DNA of 64,000 nucleotides from an uncultured delta proteobacterium (GTDB lineage Bacteria > Myxococcota_A > Polyangia > Polyangiales > Polyangiaceae): NCBI GenBank assembly GCA_963806225.1, contig CAWDXG010000003.1:224001-288000 (forward strand), read 5' to 3'. A program made the position numbers and the translations under genes. Below are positions 62,929-64,000 of the stretch, in pieces (position 1 is the first letter of the stretch; every line of letters starts with the position of its first letter). Under the pieces are notes generated by a model, which saw only the letters and a program-made list of their open reading frames with translations, was not told the DNA's origin and searched no databases.

Positions 62929-63518
62929 CCGATCCACTCCACCCGCCCGCCTGCCAGTCGATAGCGCTCGCCCGTCCCCGGGCACACCGCAATGCCTTCC
63001 GCATCGAACTCCAGCCGCGAGCCGTGACGGCTCATCCAGCCGAGCGGCTGTGCGGGCACGCCGCCCACCAGCGCGTACGCCGCCACGTCGTGCCGCACCA
63101 GCGCGCCCGCGCCCACGAAGCAATGCTCGCCCAGCGTCACCCCTGGCAGGATCGTCGCGTTCGCGCCGATGGTCGCGCCGCGGCGGACGCGCGTCGGCCG
63201 GTACTCGCTCCGCCGCGACACCGCCGCGCGCGGATTCATCACGTTCGTGAACACCGCGCTCGGCCCCACGAAGACGTCGTCTTCAAGCTCGACGCCTTCG
63301 TACAGGCTCACGTTGTTCTGCACCTTCGCGCGGGCGCCCACCCGCACACCCGCCGCCACGAAACAGTTCTGCCCGAGCAACGTCCCCTCCCCGATCACCG
63401 CGCCGGCCATCACGTGACAGAAGTGCCAGATGCGCGCGCCCGCTCCGATCAGCGCGCCCGCGTCCACGACGGCGGTTGGGTCGATGAAAGCCGCGGTGTC
63501 GTCGTCGAGCTGCGCCAC
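62925..63518 (-). CDS. Hexapeptide-repeat sugar N-acetyltransferase (WbpD/WlbB-like)
   Basis: RIWHFCHV, KVQNNVSLYEGV, GPSAVFTNVMNPR, GATIGANATI, GVPA..GWM. Confidence 0.9.
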   Translation of the reverse strand: MAQLDDDTAAFIDPTAVVDAGALIGAGARIWHFCHVMAGAVIGEGTLLGQNCFVAAGVRVGARAKVQNNVSLYEGVELEDDVFVGPSAVFTNVMNPRAAVSRRSEYRPTRVRRGATIGANATILPGVTLGEHCFVGAGALVRHDVAAYALVGGVPAQPLGWMSRHGSRLEFDAEGIAVCPGTGERYRLAGGRVEWIG

Positions 63519-63584
63519 ACCGCTCCGATAGCAGCGCTCGCGACGCGCCGCGACGGCGCCGGCGCAAACGGCCGGATTGCCGGC

Positions 63585-63657
63585 GTTGGGCCCCCGGCCG
63601 GGCGCTGCGCCCGGCCTTGGCGGGCCCGCGGCGCGCGATAGCGCGACGCGCGTGGAA
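63585..63657. repeat. REP-like double-hairpin module copy without an adjacent array
   Basis: GTTG-GGCCCCC-GGCCGGGCG-CTG-CGCCCGGCC-TTGGCGGGCCC, reverse of the 48725/61720 type. Confidence 0.7.
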
Positions 63658-63703
63658 ACGCCGCGCAAGGCGGGGGGCATCCCTCGACACCCATCAAGGG
63701 GCG

Positions 63704-64000
63704 TTACGGCGCCCGACGCCCGGCGAGGAGCCAGCGCGCGGTACCCGCCGCGCCAAGGGCGACGGCGCGCGCTCGCTCGAGCGCATTGTCGGAAGCCGCG
63801 CGCGCCACCAGTGGCAGAAGGAAGCGGCCGCGCAGTCGCCGGCGCATCAGCGCGCGGTACGTCGCCGCGTAGGCGCGGCGGGGCGGGCCGAGCGCCGCGC
63901 GGATCTCCGCCCAGCGCGTGTCGCCCTCTTGCGCGAGGAAATCGGCGACGAGCCACGCGAGCGTCGTCGACTGCGCGGCGCGCACGACGCGCACGAACAC
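63704..64000 (-). CDS. 3' end of a hypothetical protein (truncated by window edge)
   Basis: Open frame running off the window with plausible codon bias; no diagnostic motif. Confidence 0.4.
   Translation of the reverse strand: MFVRVVRAAQSTTLAWLVADFLAQEGDTRWAEIRAALGPPRRAYAATYRALMRRRLRGRFLLPLVARAASDNALERARAVALGAAGTARWLLAGRRAP

Overview
Very GC-rich chromosomal window from a myxobacterium, probably Polyangiaceae-like (MYXO-CTERM proteins, many Cys/Gly-rich lipoproteins, Hanks kinase, sigma54 activator). Genes are mostly housekeeping and envelope functions: mlaF/mlaD, pyrF, TrmH-family methylase, cysteine desulfurase, lnt, leuS, coaE, folD, lgt, lspA, MrfA/MrfB-like helicase and exonuclease, cyaY, ileS, thiE, thiG, MFS, and sugar aminotransferase/acetyltransferase. 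Several essential genes carry single frameshifts that look like long-read indel errors. The most unusual content is intergenic. (1) Nine tandem arrays share a 51-bp period and one hairpin geometry (ATG-N4-loop5-N4'-CATTT) with compensatory stem changes between arrays. (2) About nine copies of a covarying REP-like hairpin module, mostly GTGG-tagged. (3) An AT-rich 17-mer resembling a lone XerD arm of dif precedes three arrays. (4) A REP-associated tyrosine transposase (RAYT, HUH/Y1) at 54141-54951 sits inside the largest array. (5) A diverged tandem duplication at 35956-37851 shows the same intergenic site with and without an array. Together these suggest a RAYT-linked family of non-autonomous, self-amplifying array elements. 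That link is inference, and all product calls come from motif recognition, not database searches.
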